NCBI GenBank assembly: GCA_012862495.1
Contig: BLSG01000299.1
Location: 1 to 64,000 of the forward strand
DNA from: Thraustochytrium aureum
Taxonomy: Eukaryota
DNA: 64,000 nt
Direction: 5' to 3'
Below are positions 1-12,276 of the stretch, piece by piece (the first letter of the stretch is position 1; each line of letters begins with the position of its first letter). The notes beneath the pieces were generated by a model. That model searched no databases. It had not been told where the DNA came from and saw only the letters and a list, made by a program, of their open reading frames with translations. A program made the position numbers and the translations under genes.

Positions 1-1226
1 GACGGCACCCTGCACCGCTTCAACGCCAAGAACACCGTCCTGGCCACCGGCGGGTACGGCCGCGCCTACTTTAGCGCCACCTCGGCCCACACCTGCACCG
101 GCGACGGCAACGCCATGGTGATGCGCGCCGGCCTCCCCGTGGAGGACCCAGAGTTTGTGCAGTTCCACCCGACCGGCGTGTACGGCGCGGGCTGCCTCAT
201 CACCGAGGGCTGCCGCGGCGAGGGCGGCATCCTGCGCAACTCGGAGGGCGAGCGGTTCATGGAGCGCTACGCGCCGTCGGCCAAGGACCTTGCCTCGCGC
301 GACGTCGTGTCGCGCGCGATGACGCTCGAGATCCGCGAGGGCCGCGGCGTGGGCCCCAACAAGGACCACATCTACCTGCACTTGGATCACTTGCCCGCCG
401 AGCTGCTCGCGGAGCGCCTCCCGGGCATCAGCGAGACCGCCAAGATCTTCGCCGGCGTGGACGTGACCAAGGAGCCGCTCGGCGTGATCCCCACGTGCAC
501 TACAACATGGGCGGCATCCCCACCAACCACTTTGGCGAGGTCGTCGCGCCTACCAAGGATGACCCGGACCGCATCGTGCCCGGCCTCTTCGCCGCCGGCG
601 AGGCTGCCTGCGCCTCGGTGCACGGCGCCAACCGCCTCGGCGCCAACTCGCTGCTTGACATTGTCGTCTTTGGCCGCGCCTGCGCCAACCGCATCGCCGA
701 GATCTCCAAGCCGGGCGAGACCAAGTCCAAGCTGCCCAGCGACGGCGGCGATCAGTCTATCGCCAACCTGGACAAGCTGCGCAACGCCAAGGGCTCCATG
801 AAGACCTCCGAGCTGCGCCTCAAGATGCAAAAGGCCATGCAGGAGCATGCCGCCGTGTACCGTGCCCCCGAGACGCTCGCGGCCGGCAAGGTTGCCATCG
901 ACGAGATTGTGCAGGAGTTTGCCGAGGTCCGGATCGAGGACCGCTCGCTCATTTGGAACTCGGACCTCATCGAGACGCTCGAGCTTCAGAACCTGCTCCC
1001 CAACGCGGCTGTCACCATGCACGCCGCCGAGGCGCGGACCGAGTCGCGCGGCGCGCATGCCCGCGAGGACTTCCCCGAGCGCGACGACGTCAACTGGATG
1101 AAGCACACCATTGCTTACCACGACGAGTCCTCGGGCAAGACCACGATCGACTACCGCCCTACGCACCAGTACACTCTCGACGACAAGGTCCAGGGCCCCT
1201 TCCCGCCCCAGAAGCGCGTTTACTAA
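1..1226 (+). CDS. SDH1: Succinate dehydrogenase flavoprotein subunit, C-terminal part (5' truncated by window; 1-nt indel at ~493)
   Basis: Frame 1 reads [23 protein letters not shown]...FVQFHPTG...[10 protein letters not shown]...[10 protein letters not shown]. It continues in the 495..1226 frame as [10 protein letters not shown]...[15 protein letters not shown]...[10 protein letters not shown]...KRVY*. Restoring one base in 'ccc ac gtg cac' gives the conserved PTVHYNMGG. Confidence 0.97.
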
Positions 1227-1713
1227 GCGGTTTCCGTGCGCGCCCCCCGCGGACAATTTATCTACAACAACAAAAAACAGAAGAAGAATCAGGTCAAGTC
1301 GCCCGCCGACCCTGCTCCTCGCGTTTGGGCTGCCGGTCGTTGCCGTTTTCGCATCCGCCACAAGTGCGCCAGCGCTTGGAAATGAGTCAGTCCATCAGCG
1401 GCGCGTAGTCGTTTTTTTAGCGTTCCTTTCTTGCAATCCAGGAGCTGTCCCTCGACTAGAGTTCGAACGAGAGGGCTCTCTCCAGCGCGCTGCCTCATCG
1501 GGGGGGGTTGCAGAAGGCTCGGCGGTGCCACCTCGATCAAGGCCTCGCCTTCGCGCTTCGCTTTCTCGGGCCTACCAAATTCTCAATTGACTCGGATGAT
1601 GATGATTATCGTCTACTAGCTAGGTTCGCAAGGGGCCTGCGATGAAGTGCGTGGTTGCCGCTCATCGCAAGTATCGTCAAAGAATCACTGGCACTCGTCG
1701 TTCAAATCAGAAT

Positions 1714-3363
1714 TCAAAGTGCGGGGACCTGTTCGCGGGCTCCCGGCTGCCCGTCGGACTCGCGGCGCCCGATGCGAAACACCATACACCGGTCCATCGC
1801 CTTGCCGTCTGGCTCGCCGTAGCCCACGAGCTCGGCCTCCTCGCCGAGCAGCTCGACGATGCGCTGGTGCCTGTCGCGCCTGTTGCCGGGCACCTCCACG
1901 ACGAGCCAGGCCTCCTCCTTCAAGCCGAGACGCCCCAGCGCAGCGGCAAGCTCACGATAGATGCGCAGCCCGTCCTGGCCCGCGGCGACCGCCTCGCGGG
2001 GCGCGTCCTCGAGAAGCGACTGGGCCAGGTTGTCTGGCAGGTACGGCGGGTTGCAGAGCACGATGCGAACGGAACCGCCCCCCCCGGGCGCAAGCTGCTC
2101 CAGCCCAGAGTCCTGCCGGGTGTAGTCGCACAGCTCGAACCGAGTCGCGCTTTCGAGACCCTGCGCGCGGGCATTCTCCCGCGACAGCTCGACAGCAGCG
2201 GCGTTGATGTCGACGCCAAGCCCGCGCCATCCCGGCAACTCGCGCAAGAACGAGACGAGAAGGCACCCCGAGCCGCACCCCAGGTCGAGCGCCGTGCCGC
2301 CCTCGGCGAGACCGCGCTCCCGCACGAGCTTGAGGGCAGTGTCTACCAAGCAGGCCGAGCTCTCGTGTGGCACAAACACGTCTGCGCGCGCCGCTAGCTG
2401 GACCCCGCGAAACCCCTGCTGCCCTGTGGCGTGCGCCACTGGGGTGCGTAGAGCCGCCAGCGACCTCACCTCGTCTGCCCCGAGCCCGACGTCTGCGCCG
2501 TGCAGCTCTCTCGCTCGCTGCTCGGTTCGAGTGTCCCAAAACTGCTGCTGCTTGGCCCCAATGCGCCTTAGCCTTTCCAGAACGCGCGCTTCTTCTGCCT
2601 CGTCCCATGCTTTCAGGACTGGGCGCGCCTCGATTTCCCCGCCCCAGCACGGCGCCGGCAAGCTGACCGCGACGGAGGCCATCATGACGCCCTTGCTGCT
2701 CCCGCGCAGCTTGTAAGCGCTGCTGCCGCGACCGACCACAGGCGCCCCGCACCGCAGCAGCGAGGACTTGAGGGTTGCGACGGACGACTCTGGCGCCCAC
2801 CTGACGCGGATGAGGCTGAGCCACTCGCGGTCGTTCGACCGGTACGTCTCGAGCGTGGTTACCTCGTCGACNNNNNNNNNNNNNNNNNNNNNNNNNNNNN
2901 NNNNNNNNNNNNNNNNNNNNNNNNNNNNNNNNNNNNNNNNNNNNNNNNNNNNNNNNNNNNNNNNNNNNNNNNNNNNNNNNNNNNNNNNNNNNNNNNNNNN
3001 NNNNNNNNNNNNNNNNNNNNNNNNNNNNNNNNNNNNNNNNNNNNNNNNNNNNNNNNNNNNNNNNNNNNNNNNNNNNNNNNNNNNNNNNNNNNNNNNNNNN
3101 NNNNNNNNNNNNNNNNNNNNNNNNNNNNNNNNNNNNNNNNNNNNNNNNNNNNNNNNNNNNNNNNNNNNNNNNNNNNNNNNNNNNNNNNNNNNNNNNNNNN
3201 NNNNNNNNNNNNNNNNNNNNNNNNNNNNNNNNNNNNNNNNNNNNNNNNNNNNNNNNNNNNNNNNNNNNNNNNNNNNCGCTGGCAACCCGTGGCGGGCGCG
3301 GTGATCTGCACAGGTCGGGGACGAACGTGTCGTTCCAAGCCGCCAGGCGCGCGCCTGCAGCAA
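1714..3363 (-). CDS. HemK/PrmC-family SAM-dependent N5-glutamine methyltransferase with an N-terminal RluA-like region (5' part in N gap, start uncertain)
   Basis: VFVPHESSACLVD (cf. vliPRpeTElLVe), ALDLGCGSGC SAM motif I, GVDIN, LCNPPY motif IV and DGLRIYR. Upstream, LSLIRV...GAPVVG...KGVMMASVAVSLPAP resembles the C-terminal half of RluA-type pseudouridine synthases. Confidence 0.8.
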   Translation of the reverse strand: MLQARAWRLGTTRSSPTCADHRARHGLPAXXXXXXXXXXXXXXXXXXXXXXXXXXXXXXXXXXXXXXXXXXXXXXXXXXXXXXXXXXXXXXXXXXXXXXXXXXXXXXXXXXXXXXXXXXXXXXXXXXXXXXXXXXXXXXXXXXXXXXXXXXXXXXXXXXXXXXXVDEVTTLETYRSNDREWLSLIRVRWAPESSVATLKSSLLRCGAPVVGRGSSAYKLRGSSKGVMMASVAVSLPAPCWGGEIEARPVLKAWDEAEEARVLERLRRIGAKQQQFWDTRTEQRARELHGADVGLGADEVRSLAALRTPVAHATGQQGFRGVQLAARADVFVPHESSACLVDTALKLVRERGLAEGGTALDLGCGSGCLLVSFLRELPGWRGLGVDINAAAVELSRENARAQGLESATRFELCDYTRQDSGLEQLAPGGGGSVRIVLCNPPYLPDNLAQSLLEDAPREAVAAGQDGLRIYRELAAALGRLGLKEEAWLVVEVPGNRRDRHQRIVELLGEEAELVGYGEPDGKAMDRCMVFRIGRRESDGQPGAREQVPAL

Positions 3364-3370
3364 GAACGAC

Positions 3371-3439
3371 GCAGCAGCAGCAGCACCAGCAGCAACAACA
3401 ACAACAACAACAACAACAACAACGCAGCAGCAGCAGCAG
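3371..3439. repeat. Compound (CAG)n/(CAA)n microsatellite
   Basis: gcagcagcagcagcaccagcagcaacaacaacaac...gcagcagcagcagcag seen directly. Confidence 0.95.
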
Positions 3440-4570
3440 TGACGGGCGAGCGCGCGATGCCTCGTCCGAGCATTGGCTCGCGAGGCCCTCTCCTCGAACG
3501 AACACTAGGCTGGCCAAGCTCACTCGAATTCGGCCACCGCCCAAGAACATTAGAATGTTCTTTCGATACTCGGCAGGCAGCCTGCGGCTACTCTTGGCCC
3601 ACTTGAATTCTGTGCCCACAGGGGGGATGGAAGGAGTGCCAGCCTGTCGCTGAATGAAGGCGCTCGTCAGTTGATTGACGAGTAGAGTTTGCCTACCGCT
3701 TGCGAGGAATTCTAGTGGCAGGCGCGCAGTTTCGTGGTCGCGCTGTCAATCTTGCCTACGCTACGATTTACCTTTGTTGGAGAATTCGAGTGAGGCGCTT
3801 GAGGGTGTAGTGGGATCCAAGTGGGCGGCGTGGAGCAGAAGGCAAGAGTTTCCAGAATTCGAGTGGGTGCTGCGCAGTTTTCCCTCTCTACCCTGCAGTT
3901 GAGGTTTTGCAACCGGTACTCTCCCACCACCGCCGCATCCCACTAGAATTACCCGACTACAACGTCTTTTCTTTGCTGGTTCGTAACCGATTGCCAGCTG
4001 AATTCTGAGCGCCGTTTTTGTTTTTTGTTCCCTCCTCTCACCTCCCCTCTCAACTGCAGCAAATACCTAAACTAAATCTTGATGGAACTGGGATTCGAGT
4101 GGGACTGGCCGACTCCGGAGGCAAGCAAGCCACCAGCAGCGCTGGAGGAAGGAAGCGGGGCGGGCAGGCAGGCGGGCAGGCAGGCAGTGCCGCATCGCGC
4201 AGCAGCCGCGGGCAGAACAGCACCGCAGCGGCGCTTCGGCGGGCCGGCCTGCGGCTGTGCGCTCGCTCGCTCGGGTCTGCGCGATTTCGACGCTGCTCGG
4301 CTTGCCTGGCAACCTGCTCGCTGGCTCGCTGGCGTGGCTGGCTTGGCTGGGTCAACTTTGTTGGCCCGCTTGGGAGCTCGAGCGCTGCGCGCGGCTGCGC
4401 GACGTGGTCGCTCGAACGAGCGGAGATACCGCCGCAGGAGCGACGGGTCTGCCACCGGACCGGCCTGCCAGCGCGGCGCTGCGCCGAGGACCGCTTCTGG
4501 GCTGGTCAGCTTGTTCAGCGCGAGCTCCGCGCGAGTCCGGACCGCGTTGGCGCTGACTTTGTAGAAGGAC

Positions 4571-7500
4571 ATGGCGGCCAAGGGCCAGACAGGCGCGACG
4601 TCATTTGTGATGGCGCCGGAGCAAGTCCCGCAGAGCGAGGAGAGCGAGAGCGGGGCGCCTGAAGGCGGCGCAGGCGACGACCCCAGCAGCGCTGCTGCTT
4701 CACCCGCAATGCGAACGGACCCCTTGCAGGTGCCCTCTCTTCCGCCGCGGACAAATTTCGGCCGCCCGGCGCCGCAGGCGCAGAGCGGGCTGCCCTTCTC
4801 GTCAGCACCTCGAGCACCAGCAGCTACAGCAACGCAACCAACGAGCGCGGGCCCGCCGGGTTCAGGGCAGGCAAAGGCGGCACCGGCAACAATACCAAGC
4901 GCAGTGCAGGCGCCAACGTCCCTGCCNNNNNNNNNNNNNNNNNNNNNNNNNNNNNNNNNNNNNNNNNNNNNNNNNNNNNNNNNNNNNNNNNNNNNNNNNN
5001 NNNNNNNNNNNNNNNNNNNNNNNNNNNNNNNNNNNNNNNNNNNNNNNNNNNNNNNNNNNNNNNNNNNNNNNNNNNNNNNNNNNNNNNNNNNNNNNNNNNN
5101 NNNNNNNNNNNNNNNNNNNNNNNNNNNNNNNNNNNNNNNNNNNNNNNNNNNNNNNNNNNNNNNNNATAAGCCTCCTGACATTCCCCGTGAGCGAAACCGC
5201 GAGCACGGGAAGCCATGGCAGGCGGCCAACGTCGGACCGATTGAGCGTCACCTCTCTGCCCGCCGAAGGCAGCGGGAACGTAGCACGGCTCGGTCGACGG
5301 CACACCACAAACGTGCTGGCCACCACTGTCCAGAATTTCTTGGAACGTCGCGAGGAGCCAGACCTGGGTACGAACGGGCTTCCGCTTTACGAGCTTGTGA
5401 AGGCCTCGCGGCGGCTCAAGTCTCAGCGCAAGTGCCTCGAGGGTACAGTGTTTTTCGTGTTTATGCTCGTGTTCTCCCTCCTGGTGACGGGTCTGCGACA
5501 GACCAGCATCGCAGCCGAGTCGACCGAGACCCTGCAAGACCTCTTTCTGTCGGAAGAGTTCACCCTGGTCCCCGTGGGCGATCTGGCGGGCGAAGTGCCC
5601 TTTTTCCGCAAGTCGTACCTTGACATCAAGACCCAGGAGGAGTGGTGGCTGTGGGCGTTTGGCCCTCTCCTGCGCGGCCTCTACTTTGGCGAGGAGGTCA
5701 CGATCCCGGGCGAGCTAGCGCTCCGCGGGATGCGCCTCCCACAAAACTTTAGCCAGCTCTTCGTTCTCGGCGGCGACGCGGGCGGCGTTCTGCTCAGGAC
5801 CGCGCGCATCGAGGGCCGCAAGTGCGAGCCGAGCAGCATCCCGCTTGAGCAACAGTGCTACCCGGCGTGGTGCAACTCTCGCACTTATGCATCCGAGGAC
5901 CCGTTCGGGGTGGACGTGGACCCGTTGGTGGCGGAAGCGTTCACGTTCCGGGAGGACTCGGTTGCTGACTCGGACCTTATGGGCACCTTCTTGGGCCGCT
6001 CCTTTTGGGCAAGAACAACTATGGGAAGAACGGGTACCACATCGACCTGCCGGCGAACAACTTCAACAACCGCTCTGTGGAGAGCCTCGTGGGGTTGTTC
6101 TTCGGCGACTGGCTCGACGTGCAGACGCGCGCCGTCTCCGTGGAGTTCAACGTCTACAACCCAGAGACGAAGATCATCACCGTGGCGCGCTTCTTCACAG
6201 AAATCGCCCAGACGGGGATGGTCCGCCCCTCGTACCGGTTCTACCACATCAACGCCATGATGTGGGGAGCTGGGTCCCATGCAGGGGCGTTCTACCAGGT
6301 CATCGCGGCGCTGTTCCTGCTGCTTCTCGTCGTGTTCACGGTGCGGTGGGTCTACCGCTTCGCCTCGGCCCCGAAGCCGATCGCGTTTCTGTTTCGCGCC
6401 AAGGTGGTGTTTGACCTGCTCATGTTCGTGCTGTTTTGGGTCTGCACGGTCTGGGTTGTCCTGCTCACGTGCAACTCGAACGTGATCCGCGAGGCCGCCT
6501 TCAAGCAAGTCATCGAACGGCAGGTGTTCACAGCCTCCATCTTTGACGACGCCGTGAGCTACCACGACATCGACGCCCTCTGCTCGATCAACCTGATGCT
6601 TGCCACAGTCAAATTGGTTGGCTACATGCCGTTCAAGACGACGCGGACGATCTGGACGACGCTGGGCGGCGCCGTCAAGGACATTTTCGTTCTCGGCATC
6701 GTCGTCGTGCTCTTCTGGTTTGGCTTTGCGATCGGCTCGCACCTCACCTTTGGTTCGCTTGGATTCTTCGAGTTCAACCGCATCGACCGCACGTTTGGGA
6801 CGCTCATGGTGCTCATGTTTAGCGGAGCGGTCGACTTTAATGCGATGCGCGAGGTTTCCTTCCTCTCGGCCCCTGTTTTTTATGCGGTCTACATGATCTT
6901 CATGTGGGGGGTCATGCTCAACCTGTTCGTGGCCATCATCGTGCTCGCGTACGAGCGCTACTCGGACGTGCAGCAGAACTTCGACAACTGGGCAAAGCAA
7001 TACCATCGCACAGAGCACGGCTCGATCGTGATGCTCATTCACGAGGCGCTCTACCACCGCTTTTACCGCTTTGCTCTCGAGGCTCGCCGCTCCTTGTTTT
7101 ACGCCTCAGAATCCTCCGACCTGCGGCGCAAGCGCTTCGCCGTGGCCCGACCCGATTTGGGCCAAGTCGAGGTGGAGAGCGACTCGGCTTTGCAAGAGAG
7201 CATGCAGATGGTTCTGGACCAGCGCGAGCCGGCGGCGCGCCGCCGCCTCGCCATTTCACTGGGCCTGCCGTTTAGAGACTTGTTCCGCTCCACCGTGCAG
7301 CGGGTAATCTGGATCCAGCAGGTCGAGCGCACCCGCGTGTTCCGGAGACCTGCTACGAGGAGCACGAGCCGGACAGCACCTTCATCGCCAAGTGGCGCAA
7401 GGAGTTTGACTACGAAAAGGGCACCGCTCGCGGAGCATACAGCATCCGTGACGCGACGCGTGCGCTTCGCTGCTGCGGCCGCGACTTGCTGACCCGCAGC

Positions 7501-8339
7501 CGCGGGTCCACCTTTGACGAAGACGAAGCTGCAAAGGGCTCCTCCAATCACCACCCCCGCAGCGCCACCGCTCCAGCCGCAGAGGCGCTGAGACAGACCT
7601 TTAGCCACGCGCCCAGCAACTCTGCCATTTCCNNNNNNNNNNNNNNNNNNNNNNNNNNNNNNNNNNNNNNNNNNNNNNNNNNNNNNNNNNNNNNNNNNNN
7701 NNNNNNNNNNNNNNNNNNNNNNNNNNNNNNNNNNNNNNNNNNNNNNNNNNNNNNNNNNNNNNNNNNNNNNNNNNNNNNNNNNNNNNNNNNNNNNNNNNNN
7801 NNNNNNNNNNNNNNNNNNNNNNNNNNNNNNNNNNNNNNNNNNNNNNNNNNNNNNNGCGCCGCTTTCGGACGGCGCTCATGCTCAACGACACCATCGAGCG
7901 CGAAACGACTGTCTACCAAGCCAAGGTGGAGCTGGAGGCCGTGCTCGCAGAGACGCAAGCCTTGTTCAAGAACCACCGCATCTCGTTCAACCGGATCCTC
8001 CGCCTGACCTGGAACAAAACCACCGACCAAGAGCGCCTTAAAAAGGTGTCGGAGGAAGAACTGCGGGAGCTCCTTTCGCCTGGCTGCAAGGAGGAGCGCC
8101 GCCCCTGCTCGGTGTGCACGCAGGCCAACGTCGAGGGCCGCGTGCGCAGGCTGCTGGACAGCTACGCCACCCTGGTGCAGTCGCAGGTGCCTCCTCGTGC
8201 AGTGACGCGGCGCATCCCAAAGTACCGTCGCATTCCGGGCGTTCCCAACCCGTTTCAAAGGGACATTTTTGACGATGAGGAGGACGACCTGGCCGCCTTA
8301 GAGCCCAGCTCGCCTGCGCCCTCGCTTGCAGCAGCATAG
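4571..8339 (+). CDS. Polycystin-2 (PKD2/TRPP)-like cation channel, with N gaps and indels at ~6004 and ~7344
   Basis: First TM, then DIKTQEEWWLW, GVLLRTARI...C...CYP, YGKNGYHIDLP and WLDVQTRAVSVEFNVYN (the PKD2 extracellular-domain motif). Five further hydrophobic segments follow, with the pore region FAIGSHLTFG...EF and S6 VMLNLFVAIIVLAY. Frames are joined by restoring one T (tcc ttt ttg ggc) and one G (cgg gag acc). Confidence 0.88.
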
Positions 8340-8652
8340 CCACTGGATGGCCCCAAGTGTTGTGTGCTGTCAACGCTGGCAGGCGCCGTCGCCTCTCCAC
8401 TTGAAGCAGAGAGGGCGGACCGCCGCGAGCGTTTAGCAAGCGCATGTGCGACGAAAAGTTGCCGAGTCCTGCTGCTGATGACGGCTGCACCGTGGCGCTT
8501 TTAAAATAAAAAAAAGACAGAAGAGCGGCCACCTTCATAAATGAAGCAACAGGCGCCCTAGCAGCGGCGCTGCCGCGCCCCCGCCGTGCAAACAAACCCG
8601 CTTTTTTTTTGGTGGCGCAGGCGATTGCATTACTATGTACAAATCTGCACGT

Positions 8653-11600
8653 CTAAGCCAAATCGAGGTCCTCCTCGCTCACGACAAACGAGCCAGCGCG
8701 CTCCATTGGCACGGCTTGGCTTGGCTCGGTTTGGCCTTGCTCAGGAGTTGCCGACTCGACCTTGATCGAGCCTGGAGTGGGCTCGCCTGGAGCGGGCTCG
8801 CCTGGAGCGGGCTCGCCTGTCACAACACAGCTGCGCCCCAGTGGTGCGACCATTTTTTCCTCTTGCCGTACTGGCATCGAGTCGCTCGAGCTCGACGCCT
8901 GACTAACCACAGCGGGGTCTGACCCGTAGCCTGCTCGGGCGCGTCGCATGTCCCAAACGGTAAAGACGATGACCATGAGCACGAGAACCGACTCGAGAAC
9001 GACGACTGCATCTACCAAGCGGACGGCAGACTCGATCGGCAACACCTGAGGTGCGTAGTTGTGGTACATCGCGACAAAGCCCACCACGAGCAGGAGCAGA
9101 AGCGAGGCCTCGGCGAGCAGCATGTGTTCCAGGCGCACATACGGCTTGATATGCACAAGGACCAGTATTGCCGCGATGTCGACGCCCAAGAAGAACACGA
9201 GCGACGCGTCGCGGGAGCTCTGGTCAATGAGCAGGTACAAAGACGTCTGGCAAAGCTTGCGGAGGAGCTCGTACGACTCAAACCAGTGCGCGGATTTATA
9301 GGGGCGGCACACAAAGGAGACGCCCTCCAACACGGCCGTCTTGAGCCCCGACAACCGCTGTTCACGCTTGATCGCGCCCTGGCAAGCGAGATAGAACCGA
9401 GTCACTGCCACAAAAAGAGCAAATATCCCAATCGGATAGACGAAAACCATCACGGCGGCGTACGCTCGCCACGTTGGCGCCGGGGCTACGTCGTACAATT
9501 CTTCGAGGTCGTACCGAAGCGTTCGGAGAGGAGCTGGGTCGCCTGGGAACCGGGGGAACTCGTCGTAGAGGAAGGTCCGCAAGATGACGCTCGAAATACC
9601 CGGGTACACCAGGAAAGCGATCTGAAGCATAATCCAGCTCGCACGGCTCGCCACAGAATTGAAAGCGGGCCTGAGCGCCTCGAGCCTGAACACGGCGAGC
9701 ACCGCGCACACAGTGCCAAAGCCAACTATGGGCGCAACGGTGTAAACAAACAACGAGTCGTAGAACGAGGTCACAAAGACGCACCCAACGCGGAACGCGC
9801 GAAGAATCACGCCGAGGTCAATGCCGGCCAGTATGCCCAAGCCTCGCTGCGAACTGGACAGAATGCCCGCGCCTCCGGCAAACTGAAGCAGGACCTGAAA
9901 GAAACCGATGCCAAGTCGGAGCTCCACCGCAATCGCGTCTCGAATGCGACTCGGCAGCCGCGTTGAGCGGCGAAACACGGCGGTGGCACACCGAACGGTC
10001 TCTCCTTCGCTGGGCGAATTTTGGGCGGCCCGCCTTTGGCGCTTGAGCTCGGCGCAGCCTCGTACGCTGAGAAGGCAGGCAGGAAGAGTTAGGAGAATCA
10101 AAGCGGCGATCAGATAGAACGCAAAGACCCCGCGGTCGCGCAGCTCGGCGTTGTCGTCACAGACCTCGCACTTGCCGCCGCGAAGGGCCCAGCCAAGCTC
10201 GCAAGAGGAGCACATCATGCCGGTGTGACCGGGTGAGCAGTACTGCTGGCCCTCGCTCGACGAGGCGTTTCCCTTGTTGCCCAAGCGCCTTGCGAAGGGG
10301 TCTTCGTCGCCAAGGCCGCTGTCTTGGCCAGGCATGCACCACGTCGGCATCCGGCAGCGCCGAATGTCCAGAGAGGCCAAGCCAAAGCGCCAATAACCCG
10401 GCGTGATCGGCAGCGACTCAACGGCGACCCCTTGCTTGACGCAGGTGACCGCGTCACCGAATGCGGCGCACGACTTCACCGCGCCGGTGCCGTCAACAAA
10501 ACTCCCGGGGGTGCCAAGCAGTCCTGCATTGACCGCGCTCCGGGACCCAAAGTGTTGGGCCTCGTTTCAGGGCAGGGGTGGCAAAACGTGTCCTGCGAGG
10601 GCTCACCGCACATGTCCATCGCGCATTCACAGCGCCCGTTCCACACGACGAAAGTCTCGCGACAGGAGCAGTTGGCCGGCGACACAGCTCCTGTGTTGAC
10701 GGTCGTCGCCTGTGGGCCGAGCACCTCCAGGCAGGTTGAACAGCTGTGCTCGCCTGCATCAGGCTTAAACTTGCCGACGGCGCAAAGTTCGCACGACTGC
10801 GTCACAGCGGAGAACGTGCGACCCGGCGGGCAGGTGCAGAGAAACCCTGGGCCGCTCCCATCAGGGTCCGGAAATTCGACGAATCCACGCTCCGCATTGC
10901 ACCGGCAGTCTGCTGCGGTGGGCCATTCCGGAAACACCTTTTCACCGGGGCCAAATTGGGTGGTTGCGTGCGCTGGGCAGGAAAACTCGCAATTCCGCCC
11001 GTAATACTGGGGCTTGCATTGTTCGCACTGATCTCCACGAAAGTGCTCGTCGCAAATGCAAAGCCCGATCCCGCTGAATGGATCGCGGAGGCCATTTAAC
11101 TGCGCTGCGATCGTGTGCAGCTGCCCCATGACGTCGCCTGTGGTGCAAGTCCCTCTGCCAAAAGTGCATCCCGAGCTGCACTCGCGCGCAGTGTTGACAA
11201 AATACTCTGTGGTCCCCTTGTTGGAGCTCACGAGGGCGTCCAAGTCCCCATCTCCGTCCATGTCTGCAAACCGAATCGAGCCTCGGCTCCCGACGTCGCG
11301 GTCCACAAATGGATTGGAGGGGTCGTACCGATCCAGGTGAACGAACGCAGGGTGCGTCGCGTTGCCGTCGTTGCGAAGCAAGTGAAAGCCACCGTCCCAC
11401 TCGCTGACGACGCAATCGAGGTCGCCGTCCTCGTCCAGGTCAGCACAGTCCACGACTAATGGGCGAAAGTTCACGACGCGCATGACGCGGAACGGGTCCT
11501 CCGCTTGGCTGTATCGTTCGAACTCGCTCTCGCCGACGCGACGCAACGAGTACACCCCCCCGGGGGGCTTGTTTCCGCCTGCGTGGCTGAACACGGTCAC

Positions 11601-12276
11601 GACCGCGACCATTTCGCCGGTCCCGTATAGGTCGATCAAAACGGTATCCCAGATCTTTTGCGTCGAGTCAAAGCCTTTCAGTTGAACTGGCTTGACGTCG
11701 CCGAGGCTTGGTGTGCCGTCAACGCACGCGCCTTTGAACCAAGCCATCACGCTCGACACTTCGGAGAGGTGCCAACGCACTACTGGAGAGCCGTCGAGAA
11801 AGGTCATCGAGGAGACGGTGTATTTGCCAAACCTGGTGATGGGGCCTGTGATCGATCGCTCGACGTCTGGGTCGGCACGGGACAAGCGCACACCTAGTCG
11901 TTCTTGTACCTGCTCAAAGACCTGCAGCGAGCCTGCCCTGTCTCGCACCAGCACGGCGAGGTGGCCGCGCAGCGGAAAGATGCTTACCACAAGCGCAGCC
12001 GATGAAACAACATAGTCTGCGAGGGGCAAGCTGCCTCCTATTGCTGCCGTGAACGAGGGCACCCCCCGGTGCAACGTCGGTCGGAACACCTCGAAAGTGC
12101 CGTCCTGCAAGCCCACCACAGCTGCAGGGACGCGGTCGCCGTACAGGTCGGCGAAAACGATCGAGGTCCACAAGGTGTAGATGTTTTCGTCCGCAGAGAA
12201 GCGCGGGAACGGGTTGGACTCGCTCGGAATCGCTTGGAATACCGGGCTAGTTGCGTTCCCGATGTTTATGTAGCAT
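8653..12276 (-). CDS. Large receptor-like membrane protein: FG-GAP/VCBS repeats, EGF-like and Cys-rich (ephrin-receptor-like/GCC2) repeats, multi-pass TM C-terminus (5' in gap; indel ~10505)
   Basis: ADLDEDGDLDCVV and FADMDGDGDLDALV repeats; CICDEHFRGDQCEQC; CPPGRTF...CAVGKFKPDAGEHSCSTC; PGYWR; CSPGHTGMMCSSC. Then about 7 hydrophobic helices with IGFFQV, YPIGI, PYK..HWFESYELLRK and KPY. Confidence 0.8.

Noticed and set aside
387..1361. Long antisense ORFs here and opposite most genes (e.g. 5885..7057, 51963..53165)
   Set aside because: Shadow ORFs expected from high GC3 codon bias; no motifs.
8770..8818. 15-bp repeat GGGCTCGCCTGGAGC as a regulatory element
   Set aside because: It lies in the coding tail of the receptor-like gene (EPAPG repeats).
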